This document shows, piece after piece, positions 10,653 through 20,185 of a stretch of 64,000 nt of DNA; positions within the stretch are counted from its first letter, which is position 1, and each line of letters opens with the position of its first letter. Made by a program: the position numbers and the translations under genes. The notes under the pieces are model-generated. The model worked only from the letters and a program-made list of their open reading frames with translations, was not told the DNA's origin and made no database searches. The stretch is from NCBI GenBank assembly GCA_963843205.1, contig CAWJJN010000003.1, forward strand, positions 56,325 to 120,324, in the 5' to 3' direction. This stretch comes from an uncultured Candidatus Saccharibacteria bacterium (GTDB taxonomy: Bacteria > Patescibacteriota > Saccharimonadia > Saccharimonadales > UBA4665).

Positions 10653-10790
10653 ATGAAAGTGCGTGCAAGTGTCAAAAAGATCAGCCCAGACGATAAATTA
10701 GTCTGGCGTAAAGGCCGGGGCAAAAAGTCCAAGGCCAAATTGTATGTGATTAACAAACTTAAGCCGAAGCACAAGCAGAGGCAAGGGTAG
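10653..10790 (+). CDS. rpmJ: 50S ribosomal protein L36 (45 aa, zinc-free, with insertion)
   Basis: Read by hand, not in ORF track: [45 protein letters not shown]. Confidence 0.95.
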   Translation: MKVRASVKKISPDDKLVWRKGRGKKSKAKLYVINKLKPKHKQRQG

Positions 10791-10794
10791 AATT

Positions 10795-11181
10795 ATGGCA
10801 AGAATTTCCGGGGTTACAATCCCAAGCGAAAAACAAGTGTGGGTTGCTTTGACCTATGTTTACGGTATCGGCCCCAAGACCAGCCAGGACATTCTGGCAT
10901 CAGCCAAAGTTGAGCCGACTGTTCGAGTAAAAGACCTGACCGACGAAGAAATTGGACGCATACAGGACATCATTAACAACAAGTACACTGTTGAGGGCGA
11001 GTTACAGCGCATTATCGTTGGGAACATTAAGCGCCTCAAGGACATCAATTCTTATCGCGGCCTACGTCACCGTGCAAGCTTGCCGTCACGCGGCCAGCGC
11101 ACCAAGACCAACGCCCGAACCCGCCGCGGCAAGAAAATGACAGTCGGCGGTACTGCTAAGAAAGTCGCTTCAAAGACCTAG
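10795..11181 (+). CDS. rpsM: 30S ribosomal protein S13
   Basis: MARISGV, ALTYVYGIG, SYRGLRHR, RGQRTKTNARTRRG. Confidence 0.99.
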   Translation: MARISGVTIPSEKQVWVALTYVYGIGPKTSQDILASAKVEPTVRVKDLTDEEIGRIQDIINNKYTVEGELQRIIVGNIKRLKDINSYRGLRHRASLPSRGQRTKTNARTRRGKKMTVGGTAKKVASKT

Positions 11182-11198
11182 GATGATGGAATAAAGAT

Positions 11199-11594
11199 AT
11201 GGCAGAAACTTCTACAACAACCAAGAAAAAGAAAGCTAAGCGCAGTGTTCCATCAGGGCAAGTGCACATCTTAGCAACATTTAATAACACTATTGTCACC
11301 TTTACTGATTCAAAGGGCGCTGTTCTGACGATTGCCAGTGCAGGCGCCTGCGGTTTCCGCGGTTCTAAAAAAGGTACGGCTTACGCGGCGCAAGTTGCCG
11401 CCGAAAAAGCCGGCAATGCAGCCAAACAACAACACGGCATGAGCAAAGTTGAAGTCTTTTTGAAAGGCGTCGGACTAGGTCGTGACGCTGTTGTCCGCAC
11501 ATTGCAAAACCTGAACATGCAAGTAGAAACAATAACCGACGTTACTGGCGTGCCGCACGGTGGTGTGCGCTCCCGTAAGGCTCGTAGGATTTAG
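11199..11594 (+). CDS. rpsK: 30S ribosomal protein S11
   Basis: ATFNNTIVTFTD, GFRGSKKGTAYAAQ, DVTGVPHGG. Confidence 0.99.
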   Translation: MAETSTTTKKKKAKRSVPSGQVHILATFNNTIVTFTDSKGAVLTIASAGACGFRGSKKGTAYAAQVAAEKAGNAAKQQHGMSKVEVFLKGVGLGRDAVVRTLQNLNMQVETITDVTGVPHGGVRSRKARRI

Positions 11595-11611
11595 GGTGAG
11601 GAGATAAAGAT

Positions 11612-12235
11612 ATGGCAAGAGATACTCACTCAATTGTAAAAATGTCCCGCCGCGAAGGCTACGCGCTGCACCCCAAGGCCCACAAGGCTTTGGTCAAGCG
11701 CCCAACCATCCCGGGTCAGCACGGCAACAGCCGTGGCGGTATGCGCAACAAGGCTAGCCAATATTCCCTGCAACTTCGCGAGAAGCAAAAGGTTAAGCGC
11801 TTGTATGGCCTGCTAGAGAAGCAATTTAGCAACCTGATGAAAGAAGCCTCACGCAGGCAAGGACAATCAGGCCAAATTTTGCTCCAGCTTTTGGAACAGC
11901 GACTTGATAACGCCATCTACCGTGCCGGGTTTGCGCCCAGCCGCCGCGCTGCCCGTCAGCTTGCGACACACGGTCACTTCATGTTGAATGGCACACGCGT
12001 TGACGTTCCCTCAATTCGCTTAAAGATCGGCGATGAGCTGGTCATCCGTGATCACAGCAAAGGTACAGAATATTTCAAGAAACTTGACGATGTAAGCCCG
12101 GCACCAAGCACCACTCCTGAGTGGCTGAAAGTCGACCGCAAGAAGGTAAGTTTCAAAGTTACTGCATTGCCAGTACGCGAAGACGCTGAGCCAGACCTAA
12201 ACGAACAATTAATCGTAGAATACTACTCACGCTAA
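11612..12235 (+). CDS. rpsD: 30S ribosomal protein S4
   Basis: SQYSLQLREKQKVKRLYG, LEQRLDNAIYRAGFA, EQLIVEYYSR. Confidence 0.99.
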   Translation: MARDTHSIVKMSRREGYALHPKAHKALVKRPTIPGQHGNSRGGMRNKASQYSLQLREKQKVKRLYGLLEKQFSNLMKEASRRQGQSGQILLQLLEQRLDNAIYRAGFAPSRRAARQLATHGHFMLNGTRVDVPSIRLKIGDELVIRDHSKGTEYFKKLDDVSPAPSTTPEWLKVDRKKVSFKVTALPVREDAEPDLNEQLIVEYYSR

Positions 12236-12249
12236 GGAGGCTGTGTAAA

Positions 12250-13200
12250 ATGTCAAAAACTATTCACACACCAGGGTTAGTGCAAGTAGACGACCACAGC
12301 GCTTCCAGCGCAACATTTGTCGTCGAGCCGCTGCACAGCGGCTATGGCATGACCCTTGGTAACTCGCTGCGCCGCGTCTTGCTTTCGAGCATTTCGGGTG
12401 CTGCAATCACGAGCTTTAAGATCGAGGGCATTACTCACGAGTTCACAACCGTCAAGGGCGTGAAGGAAGATGTCGTTGACATCATGCTCAACCTAAAGGG
12501 TATCCGTTTCCGCGTATACGGCGACGAGATCCAGCAGGTCCGCATTGTCAAACAGGGCAAGGGCACTGTCACCGCTAAAGACATTCAGGTCAACGCCGAC
12601 GTCGAAGTCGTCAACCCGGAGCACGTTATAGCCACTATTGATGATGACAAGGCGAAACTTGTTATCGATATCGTGGTCGAGACCGGCCGCGGCTACCGCA
12701 CCGTAGAAGAAGGTACAGCCAAGAAATCAAGCGAATACGTTGCATTAGATGCTGTCTTCAGCCCGGTGCTGCGCGTCCGCTACAAGGTTGAGAACACCCG
12801 TGTCGGCCAGATGACCGACCTGGACAAGCTTCTGCTTACCATTGAAACAGACGGCTCGATCACACCTCGCGATGCTTTCGAAGAAGCTTCTGCCATCCTG
12901 GTTAACCAGTACACGGCTTTGGCTGGTAAAACACGCGTGGAAGTTGCCGAAGCTGCACAAACCGGTAACCAAGCAGCCACACGGCTGATGGGTGACGACA
13001 GCGACGAGCCGACTGCCTTAAACACACCGATTGAAGATCTGAGTTTAAGCGCCCGCACTACCAACGCTTTAGTCAACAACGACATCCACACCATCAAGGA
13101 CCTGTTCAGCCTGAGCGATGCAGAGCTGCGCGACCTCAAAGGTTTCGGCAGCAAAGCGCTTGACGAAGTTAAGGAAAAATTAGCGGAGTTGGAGCTGTAA
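12250..13200 (+). CDS. rpoA: RNA polymerase alpha subunit
   Basis: VEPLHSGYGMTLGNSLRRVLLSSI, DAVFSPVLRVRYKVE, LSARTTNAL. Confidence 0.99.
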   Translation: MSKTIHTPGLVQVDDHSASSATFVVEPLHSGYGMTLGNSLRRVLLSSISGAAITSFKIEGITHEFTTVKGVKEDVVDIMLNLKGIRFRVYGDEIQQVRIVKQGKGTVTAKDIQVNADVEVVNPEHVIATIDDDKAKLVIDIVVETGRGYRTVEEGTAKKSSEYVALDAVFSPVLRVRYKVENTRVGQMTDLDKLLLTIETDGSITPRDAFEEASAILVNQYTALAGKTRVEVAEAAQTGNQAATRLMGDDSDEPTALNTPIEDLSLSARTTNALVNNDIHTIKDLFSLSDAELRDLKGFGSKALDEVKEKLAELEL

Positions 13201-13201
13201 C

Positions 13202-13651
13202 ATGCATCGTCACGGATACAAAGGCCGCAAACTGCACCGCGAGCGCGACCAACGGGAAGCGCTGGTCAAGGGTTTGGCCGATTCTTTAGTCAAGTACGAG
13301 AGTATCGAAACCACCTTGCCAAAGGCCAAAGAAGTGGTGCCTTATGTTGAAAAACTAATTACCAAGGCAAAGAAAGGCGACTTACACAATCGCCGTCAAG
13401 TTATTGCCGACCTACAAACCATCGAGAGCGCGCACAAGCTTGTTGACAGCATCGCCCCCAAGCTAAAGGGCCGTGACAGCGGACACCTGCGCGTCGAGAA
13501 GACCCGTATGCGCCGCGGCGACAACGCCCAGATGGCCCGTGTCAGCTTTGTTGACGACCTCAAGGAAGCCCCGGTCGCCAAGCCAGCGGCTAAGAAGAAG
13601 CCAGCCGCAGCTGCCGCTCCTAAAAAAGCGCCTGCAAAGGAGAAGAAATAA
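13202..13651 (+). CDS. rplQ: 50S ribosomal protein L17
   Basis: MHRHGYKGRKLHR, IETTLPKAKE, RRGDNAQMA. Confidence 0.99.
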   Translation: MHRHGYKGRKLHRERDQREALVKGLADSLVKYESIETTLPKAKEVVPYVEKLITKAKKGDLHNRRQVIADLQTIESAHKLVDSIAPKLKGRDSGHLRVEKTRMRRGDNAQMARVSFVDDLKEAPVAKPAAKKKPAAAAAPKKAPAKEKK

Positions 13652-14091
13652 TGAAAACCTATAGCGCCAAGCCGAGCGACGTTACCCGTAAGTGGTACGT
13701 TGTTGATGCTAGCGAGGCTCCTTTGGGCCGCGTGGCCACCAAAATCGCTACTTTGCTAACCGGAAAGGGCAAACCTCAGTTTACCCAGCACATCGACACA
13801 GGCGATTACGTTGTTGTTATCAACGCCGCTAACGTCCAGGTGACCGGCGGCAAAATGGACAAGAAAATGTACTACCGTCACAGCGGATTCCCGGGCGGCC
13901 TTACTGAGCTGACCATGCGCGAGAAGCTCGAAAAGGATCCGACCTCAGCTGTTTTCCAAGCTGTTCGCGGTATGCTGCCGGTAAACAAACTGCGCGACGG
14001 CCGTCTTGAGCGCCTGAAAATTTACGGCGGGGCAGAACACAGCCACGAAGCGCAAAAGCCTGAAGTTATTTCAGTCAAGGAAGGTAAATAA
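13651..14091 (+). CDS. rplM: 50S ribosomal protein L13
   Basis: KWYVVDA, LGRVA, DTGDYVVVINA, YYRHSGFPGG, VRGMLP. Confidence 0.99.
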   Translation: MKTYSAKPSDVTRKWYVVDASEAPLGRVATKIATLLTGKGKPQFTQHIDTGDYVVVINAANVQVTGGKMDKKMYYRHSGFPGGLTELTMREKLEKDPTSAVFQAVRGMLPVNKLRDGRLERLKIYGGAEHSHEAQKPEVISVKEGK

Positions 14092-14093
14092 TC

Positions 14094-14492
14094 ATGGCTA
14101 AGAATGAATATTTCTACGCTCTAGGCCGGCGCAAAAGCGCAACTGCACGTGTACGCCTGCAGGGCGGCAAGGGAAGCATCACAGTCAACGGCAAGCCGGC
14201 GGATGAGTATTTTGCTCAAAGTACCGCGCTGATGACTGAGCTGAACAAGCCTTTTGCCGTGCTAGAGCAAGACAATAAGTTCGACATTAGCGTCGTAGTA
14301 TCTGGCGGCGGTCACGCCGGACAGGTTGACGCTATTCGTCTGGGCATCGCCAAAGCATTGACCCTAATGAACGAAGACTTCAAGGGTACGCTTAAGCGAG
14401 CGGAATTGCTAAGCGGCGATCCCCGCGAGCGCGAACGCAAGAAGTTCGGTCTCAAGGGCGCGCGAAAGCAACGCCAGTTCACCAAGCGTTAA
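14094..14492 (+). CDS. rpsI: 30S ribosomal protein S9
   Basis: GRRKSATARV, VSGGGHAGQ, DPRERERKKFG...RQFTKR. Confidence 0.99.
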   Translation: MAKNEYFYALGRRKSATARVRLQGGKGSITVNGKPADEYFAQSTALMTELNKPFAVLEQDNKFDISVVVSGGGHAGQVDAIRLGIAKALTLMNEDFKGTLKRAELLSGDPRERERKKFGLKGARKQRQFTKR

Positions 14493-14509
14493 TACGCAAG
14501 GAAATCATC

Positions 14510-14537
14510 AAGAGGTGTCATTGCGGCACCTCTTTTT
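14510..14537 (+). terminator. Intrinsic terminator after rpsI
   Basis: AAGAGGTGTC-ATTGC-GGCACCTCTT followed by TTT. Confidence 0.8.
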
Positions 14538-14550
14538 GTATGATCTATAT

Positions 14551-15507
14551 ATGAGCAAAACACCTGAGCAAAAATTAGCAGCCAAACGTCAGGCGTGGCT
14601 TGAGCGGACAATGGGCGCGCTCAACCTGGACCGGGAAACTGCGCTAGACCTACTCAAAGTCGCGCGTCGTCAAGGACTTCGTATAAATACGCTGCTAGCA
14701 GATCAAAATACGGTACCGCAGCTTACGGCCATTGGCTGGGAAGGCGAGCCGTTTGACTGGCTAGCTGACTGTTACTCGATTGACAAAGGCGGGGAGGCGG
14801 TTAGGGACAGCGCATTGGTGGGAGACGGCAAAGTGTATATCCAAAGTCCGGCTAGCTGGTTGCCCGTCCTGGCTCTAGACCCGAAAGGCGGCGAAAACAT
14901 ACTGGATATCTGCGCAGCCCCTGGAGGCAAGACAAGCCACATAGCAGCTCTGGCTGGCAACCAGGCCCATATAACAGCCAATGATAACTCCAGGCCGCGT
15001 CTGGCAAAGCTGCGCGCCAACATGCAGCGACTTGGCGTGGAGAATGTCGACTACACTCTATACGATGCGACGCAGCTGGCCCGTAGGCTCAGGGGCAGGG
15101 AGTTCGACAAGATTTTACTAGATGCACCGTGCAGCGGCGAGGGCATGATGCGCTATGACCGTGATCAAGATTTTGCGACATGGTCTGTGGCTCATATCAA
15201 GAGGTTGCAACAGCTCCAAAAGAAGATCCTGAATCAATCTTGGCCGCTATTGAAACCCGGAGGAATATTAGTATACAGCACATGCACTATGGCTCCCGAA
15301 GAAAACGAGGCCGTGATTAATTACATACTGCGATCTCACGACGATGCCAGCATAGTGCCGTTAAATCTGAAGCTGCCTAACCGTGTGCCTGCCGTTCAAG
15401 TCTGGAACGACAAGACGTACACTAACGACTTGCAGGGCTGTATTCGCCTCAAGCCCAGCGATAAAATTGAAGCCTTTTTTGTCTGCAAACTGAAAAAACT
15501 TGCATAA
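14551..15507 (+). CDS. RsmB/RsmF (NOL1/NOP2) RNA m5C methyltransferase
   Basis: ILDICAAPGGKT, ILLDAPCSGEG, LVYSTCTMAPEENE. Confidence 0.93.
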   Translation: MSKTPEQKLAAKRQAWLERTMGALNLDRETALDLLKVARRQGLRINTLLADQNTVPQLTAIGWEGEPFDWLADCYSIDKGGEAVRDSALVGDGKVYIQSPASWLPVLALDPKGGENILDICAAPGGKTSHIAALAGNQAHITANDNSRPRLAKLRANMQRLGVENVDYTLYDATQLARRLRGREFDKILLDAPCSGEGMMRYDRDQDFATWSVAHIKRLQQLQKKILNQSWPLLKPGGILVYSTCTMAPEENEAVINYILRSHDDASIVPLNLKLPNRVPAVQVWNDKTYTNDLQGCIRLKPSDKIEAFFVCKLKKLA

Positions 15508-15535
15508 ATATAAAACTCTGCTAAATTAGAATACG

Positions 15536-15610
15536 ATGAACGGACAGTTTTTTGGTTATTGGTTTACCAACCCGCAAACGGCGGTCTGTTCTTTACGTTC
15601 TAAAAAATAA
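15536..15610 (+). CDS. Aromatic-amino-acid attenuator leader peptide (24 aa)
   Basis: MNGQFFGYWFTNPQTAVCSLRSKK*; F-F-G-Y-W-F cluster directly upstream of the terminator and DAHP synthase. Confidence 0.8.
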   Translation: MNGQFFGYWFTNPQTAVCSLRSKK

Positions 15611-15632
15611 TTAGATAACAAGCAAACAGCAT

Positions 15633-15660
15633 AACCGCCGAAAGGCGGTTTTTTGCTTTT
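15633..15660 (+). terminator. Attenuator terminator hairpin
   Basis: AACCGCC-GAAA-GGCGGTT + TTTTGCTTTT; 5' arm can alternatively pair with leader CGGCGGT/CTGTT. Confidence 0.85.
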
Positions 15661-15674
15661 AAAGGAGAACTAAT

Positions 15675-16875
15675 ATGTTGCAAACAGCAGAGCTCGTCCG
15701 TTGTCAGACAGCTGAAGAAGTTGTCTCTAACCTCCCGGGCGGAGGCTACTCAGAGCATTACCAGCCCACATACCCCGACACAAATGCGCTGGTTGAAGCC
15801 GTGAGTGATGTGCAATCAACCGGGAAGGTAACAACACCGGAGCAGGTCCAAGACCTGCGTGCACAATTTGCCGATATTGGCAGCGGTAAGGTCAACCGGC
15901 CGATAACTATCACCGGCCGGTGCGCCGAGCCGGTAAATGCCAGACCGCCAATAGAAAGTTTGGTAGATGAGAACTCTGGTCAATATAGAATCTGTTGCCT
16001 GTTCCGGGCTAAAGTCAGCACTCGTGATACTGCGTGACCGTGGGCAAAATACAAAGCCCAGAACCGCAGAACTGTGCGGATTACCCGACGGCAGAACCGT
16101 CTCCTCATACATGGGCGACGCTGTTAATGGAGTAAACCCGGAAGACAGGACGCCTGACCCCCGCCGGATGGTAGCCGCTGCCGCACAGGCCAGGGCTCTG
16201 GAGGTCGGGCTTACAGCGCGCGTCGGGCATCATGTGCCTGCGGCGCACGAGGCATTATTGATCCCTTACGAGCAAGGCTCGATGTGCGTCGACACGACAA
16301 CCGGTAAAAAGTATTTATTGTCTGCCGATCTCCCCTGGATCGGCGTACGCACCAACGCGCCCGACTGCGCTCAAGTCGAGATGCTGACTGGCATAGAGAA
16401 TCCTGTCGGTATCAAGATCGGGCCGAACTCTGACGCAGAGCATATCAGACAGCTAGCGGAAAAGCTCAATCCCGATAATGAAGCCGGCAAGCTGGTCTTC
16501 ATGATACGAGTCGGTGCCGACAGAGAAGCCATGGACCGCATTCTTGGCGCTATAAAGCTATATGCCCCCAACTCAATACATATGTACGATATCCACGGCA
16601 GCACCGTCTCAGGGGCGAACGGCGTCAAAATACGGGCCGCGGACACCATTGCCGAGCATGTAAACCTGCTGTCTGAAGCCTGTGAGGGCCACGGCTTAAA
16701 ACTACACGGAGTGCACTTGGAGACTACGGGTGACAGTTCTGTTACAGAATGCGTTGATGAGGCCGGCCAGATGCCAGGAAACAAAAGCCTTGTAGACCCC
16801 CAACTCAATCCGCGGCAAACAACAAATGTTTTGAATGCTGTCGCCCCATGCTTAACTAAAGGAACGTTACCTTAA
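15675..16875 (+). CDS. Type II DAHP synthase (~399 aa; one +1 frameshift near 15972)
   Basis: TGRCAE, RGQNTKPRT, HEALLIPYE, WIGVRT, NPVGIKIGP, GVHLETTG..VTEC, DPQLN; span 1201 nt = 3n+1. Confidence 0.88.
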
Positions 16876-16891
16876 GCAGGCAAAACATGAA

Positions 16892-18220
16892 ATGGAACAA
16901 GCTACAGAGCTAAATATCAGCGACCTAAGTGACGCCGTATCCGGAATTATCGGCCTATTACCCATAGACACGGCTATGTCTGCGGCCGGACAGCTAAGCT
17001 CAAGCCTGGCAATTCTGCCAGAGGAAGCACCCAAAGGGCAGGCGCTACAGGACATTCATGAGACCGTAGCACTTGCTGCAAACCGCTTGAATACGGCAGC
17101 TGATCATCTGTCGTCTGCCGCCGGCGGAATGGCAGCCTACATCACTGCTATACGCGGCGGCGAAGTCGCGGCAGAAAAAACAGGCGCACATCGTGCTATG
17201 CCAAGAAATGAACGCTATAGCCACCTAAGTCCGGCGCAAAGGCTAAATCTCGCCCGCCTAAGCGCGTTCACAAGCACATTAAATATATATGCAGAAGGCG
17301 ACAAAGTCTGCCCGGGCATGCACATTGACGAACGCACAGAAACTGGAGTAGTGCTTGACGACCCTCAGATGCAAGCACGTTATGACAACTGGCTGGCTGA
17401 GCATGACAACGACCCTGGGGTAGCCGAGCGCGAGAGGCTCTTTGGCGCTTTTGACGAGTTCGCTGACATAGCCCAACAGCTGCGTGAATTCATGAGCAGC
17501 GGTATTCTGCGCGCCGACCTACAGGGCAGCATTGAGGTACTCGGCAACGGCCAGCTGGCTATGGCGTTCTTGTACAGGCACGGTGATGGCACGCGTCACG
17601 CTATACGTCTGTTACACGGCGAAAACTCGCTGTTGGGCAGGCCGCTGCAAGTCCAAACCTACCTTGACGGGCTAACGGGGGTTGACCACCCTCGCCTTGA
17701 GAAACTTCATTCCGCAACCTATGACTACGGCGGAGCGACAGTATCACGATATCACCCTGGCAAGCCTGTAGTATCCAGGACTATCAACGAGCTGCAACAC
17801 GTAACAACACAGCAAGTAGACGATCTGGCTGACGCAGTACGTTATGCGCACTCACAAGGAGTCAGCCTGGACCTTGAGGGTGAGGAGGCCGGGAATTTGC
17901 TATACGACCCGGCAGAGGGCTTTAGTGTTATCGACTTCAATCGATTCCACCCCGACTTCTACCGGCAGCCGAGCCTGGTCAAAGAAATGTCCCGGGTCTG
18001 CGCCCGTATTCTTGGCGTCAGACTGTCCAATCCCGACCCTTTCCCGGGCATGGAACCGGCAGAACTTCGCAGCCGCCTCGGCATCGTCAACCGCATCCTA
18101 GAAACAGCGGATTACGATCTGTATTGGGACATGCGCCAGTGTTTAACGCGCTTCAACTACTCCTGGGACAGACATCTGATCAGACGAAGGCCAGGGCTAA
18201 GCGGCCACAGCCTAGCCTAA
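16892..18220 (+). CDS. Helical module + protein-kinase-like domain
   Basis: NISDLSDAV..LLPID...AAYITAIRG; later LGNGQLA, HSQGVSLDL..GNLL, VIDF. Confidence 0.7.
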   Translation: MEQATELNISDLSDAVSGIIGLLPIDTAMSAAGQLSSSLAILPEEAPKGQALQDIHETVALAANRLNTAADHLSSAAGGMAAYITAIRGGEVAAEKTGAHRAMPRNERYSHLSPAQRLNLARLSAFTSTLNIYAEGDKVCPGMHIDERTETGVVLDDPQMQARYDNWLAEHDNDPGVAERERLFGAFDEFADIAQQLREFMSSGILRADLQGSIEVLGNGQLAMAFLYRHGDGTRHAIRLLHGENSLLGRPLQVQTYLDGLTGVDHPRLEKLHSATYDYGGATVSRYHPGKPVVSRTINELQHVTTQQVDDLADAVRYAHSQGVSLDLEGEEAGNLLYDPAEGFSVIDFNRFHPDFYRQPSLVKEMSRVCARILGVRLSNPDPFPGMEPAELRSRLGIVNRILETADYDLYWDMRQCLTRFNYSWDRHLIRRRPGLSGHSLA

Positions 18221-18280
18221 TGTGCTGGCAGCCCGCTGCCAAACTTGAACAATAACCTAAAATACAGGATACTATAACTA

Positions 18281-19309
18281 ATGAAACCAGTAGTTTTAAC
18301 CGGCTTGCGGGCCAACAACGATCTGCACATCGGCAATTACCTCGGCGCATTGCTGCCGATGGTCGACATGGCTAGGAAGCACGCCGGTAAATATCAGATA
18401 AATTTGTTTATACCGGACCTGCATAGCTTCACCACGCCCATAGATCATTCGCAGCTCATGGCCCAGACCATGCAGAATCTGCGTGTTTACGCGGCGGCCG
18501 GTCTGCCATTTGATCACGATGACGTCTATGTATACAGACAAAGCTACATACCGGCGCACTCCGAGCTGACCTGGATTCTGGATTGCTTTACCGGCTTCGG
18601 TGAGATGTCCCGCATGATCCAGTTCAAAGACAAATCATCAAAGATGCAGGAAGACAGAATTAGCATCGGGTTGTTTAACTATCCTGTTTTGATGGCTTCG
18701 GATATTTTACTGTACGGCGCAAGCTACGTGCCGGTAGGCGAGGACCAGACGCAGCACGTGGAGTTCACTCGCGACATCGGCAACCGCATGAACGCCAAAT
18801 TCGGTGAATTATTTACAGTGCCGTTGCCAGTACCTAAACAGCACGAATTCTTCGGCAAGGACCAAGGCCTGCGCATCAAAGACCTGGCTGACCCGACCAA
18901 AAAGATGAGCAAAAGCGATGAAACCGGCAAAGGAGTGATATTCCTAACTGACAGCCCGGAGGCAGCCTCCAAGAAAATCATGAGTGCAACCACCGACAGC
19001 TTCGGCGAAATCCGGGGCGACTGCAAAGACCGGCCCGGTATCTCCAACTTGCTGCAAATTCTGGCACTTCTTACAGACCGCAGCCAGAACGAAGTTCTTG
19101 CCGAGTGGGAAGGTAAAAACTCTTACGGTGATCTTAAAAAGGCCGCAGCCGAGGCAACCGGCAAGTTCCTGACTGACTTCCAAGCGCGAATGGCCCAAGT
19201 TGACGACAACCAGTTAATCGCCAGACTGGAAGCAAGCGAAGCAGCCATGAATATAGCAGCAAGCGAAACCCTGCTTAAAGTCCAAGGGGCAGTCGGGCTG
19301 CGCCCGTAA
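18281..19309 (+). CDS. trpS: Tryptophan--tRNA ligase
   Basis: HIGN, YPVLMASDILLY, VPVGEDQTQH, KKMSKS. Confidence 0.98.
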   Translation: MKPVVLTGLRANNDLHIGNYLGALLPMVDMARKHAGKYQINLFIPDLHSFTTPIDHSQLMAQTMQNLRVYAAAGLPFDHDDVYVYRQSYIPAHSELTWILDCFTGFGEMSRMIQFKDKSSKMQEDRISIGLFNYPVLMASDILLYGASYVPVGEDQTQHVEFTRDIGNRMNAKFGELFTVPLPVPKQHEFFGKDQGLRIKDLADPTKKMSKSDETGKGVIFLTDSPEAASKKIMSATTDSFGEIRGDCKDRPGISNLLQILALLTDRSQNEVLAEWEGKNSYGDLKKAAAEATGKFLTDFQARMAQVDDNQLIARLEASEAAMNIAASETLLKVQGAVGLRP

Positions 19310-19315
19310 CCAGCT

Positions 19316-20185
19316 ATGCAGATTATTGTCGGCCCGGAATATGAGAAAGTCAGACTAGATATTTTTGTGGTCAGCATAATGCCTGCTCTTAGCCGTGCTT
19401 ATGCCCAAAAGCTCTGCGACCAGGATAAAGTATCGGTCAACGGTAAAATCGTTAAAGCCGGACACAAGCTCCACGAAGGCAACAAAGTCTCGATAGACTA
19501 TGACCCGTCTGAGCTGGACAACATCCCGCAAATTGATCTGCCGGTACTCTACGAGGATGACGACTGCGTTGTTATCAACAAGCCGGCAGGCGTTTTGACG
19601 CACGCCCAAGGCGTATTTAGCAACGAGGCCACAGTTGCCAGCTTCCTGCGCGGACGAATTCACGACAATTTCGGCAAGGATGACGGCAGGACTGGCGTTG
19701 TGCACCGCCTGGACCGGGCGACCAGCGGTGTTATCATCGGGGCTAAGAACCAGGCAGCACTGAGCTGGCTGCAAAAACAATTCGCTCAGCGCAAGGTAAA
19801 AAAATCTTATATAGCAGTTGTACAAGGCAGGCCAAAGCAGGATGAAGCAATCATCGACATGCCTATAGAACGCAATCCTAAGGCTCCGGCTACTTTTCGC
19901 GTTGGCATTAACGGTAAGCCGTCAACCACGCACTACAAAGTGCTGCGGTCCAATGACCGTGAAAGCCTTTTGGAGCTAAAGCCCGAAACCGGCCGAACGC
20001 ACCAGCTGCGTGTGCACATGGCCCAAATCGGCAACCCGATAGTAGGTGACCCGCTCTACGGTGATGGCAAATACGGCGACCGGCTGTTCCTGCACGCCAA
20101 CAGCCTGGAGATTACCTTGCCGAACCGTGAACGCCGGATATTTACAGCACCGGTGCCGGATGAATTCGAGGAACGGCTAAAATAA
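19316..20185 (+). CDS. RluA/RluD-family pseudouridine synthase with S4 domain
   Basis: RLDIF S4 start, INKPAG, HRLDRATSG, TGRTHQLRVH, LFLHA. Confidence 0.96.
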   Translation: MQIIVGPEYEKVRLDIFVVSIMPALSRAYAQKLCDQDKVSVNGKIVKAGHKLHEGNKVSIDYDPSELDNIPQIDLPVLYEDDDCVVINKPAGVLTHAQGVFSNEATVASFLRGRIHDNFGKDDGRTGVVHRLDRATSGVIIGAKNQAALSWLQKQFAQRKVKKSYIAVVQGRPKQDEAIIDMPIERNPKAPATFRVGINGKPSTTHYKVLRSNDRESLLELKPETGRTHQLRVHMAQIGNPIVGDPLYGDGKYGDRLFLHANSLEITLPNRERRIFTAPVPDEFEERLK

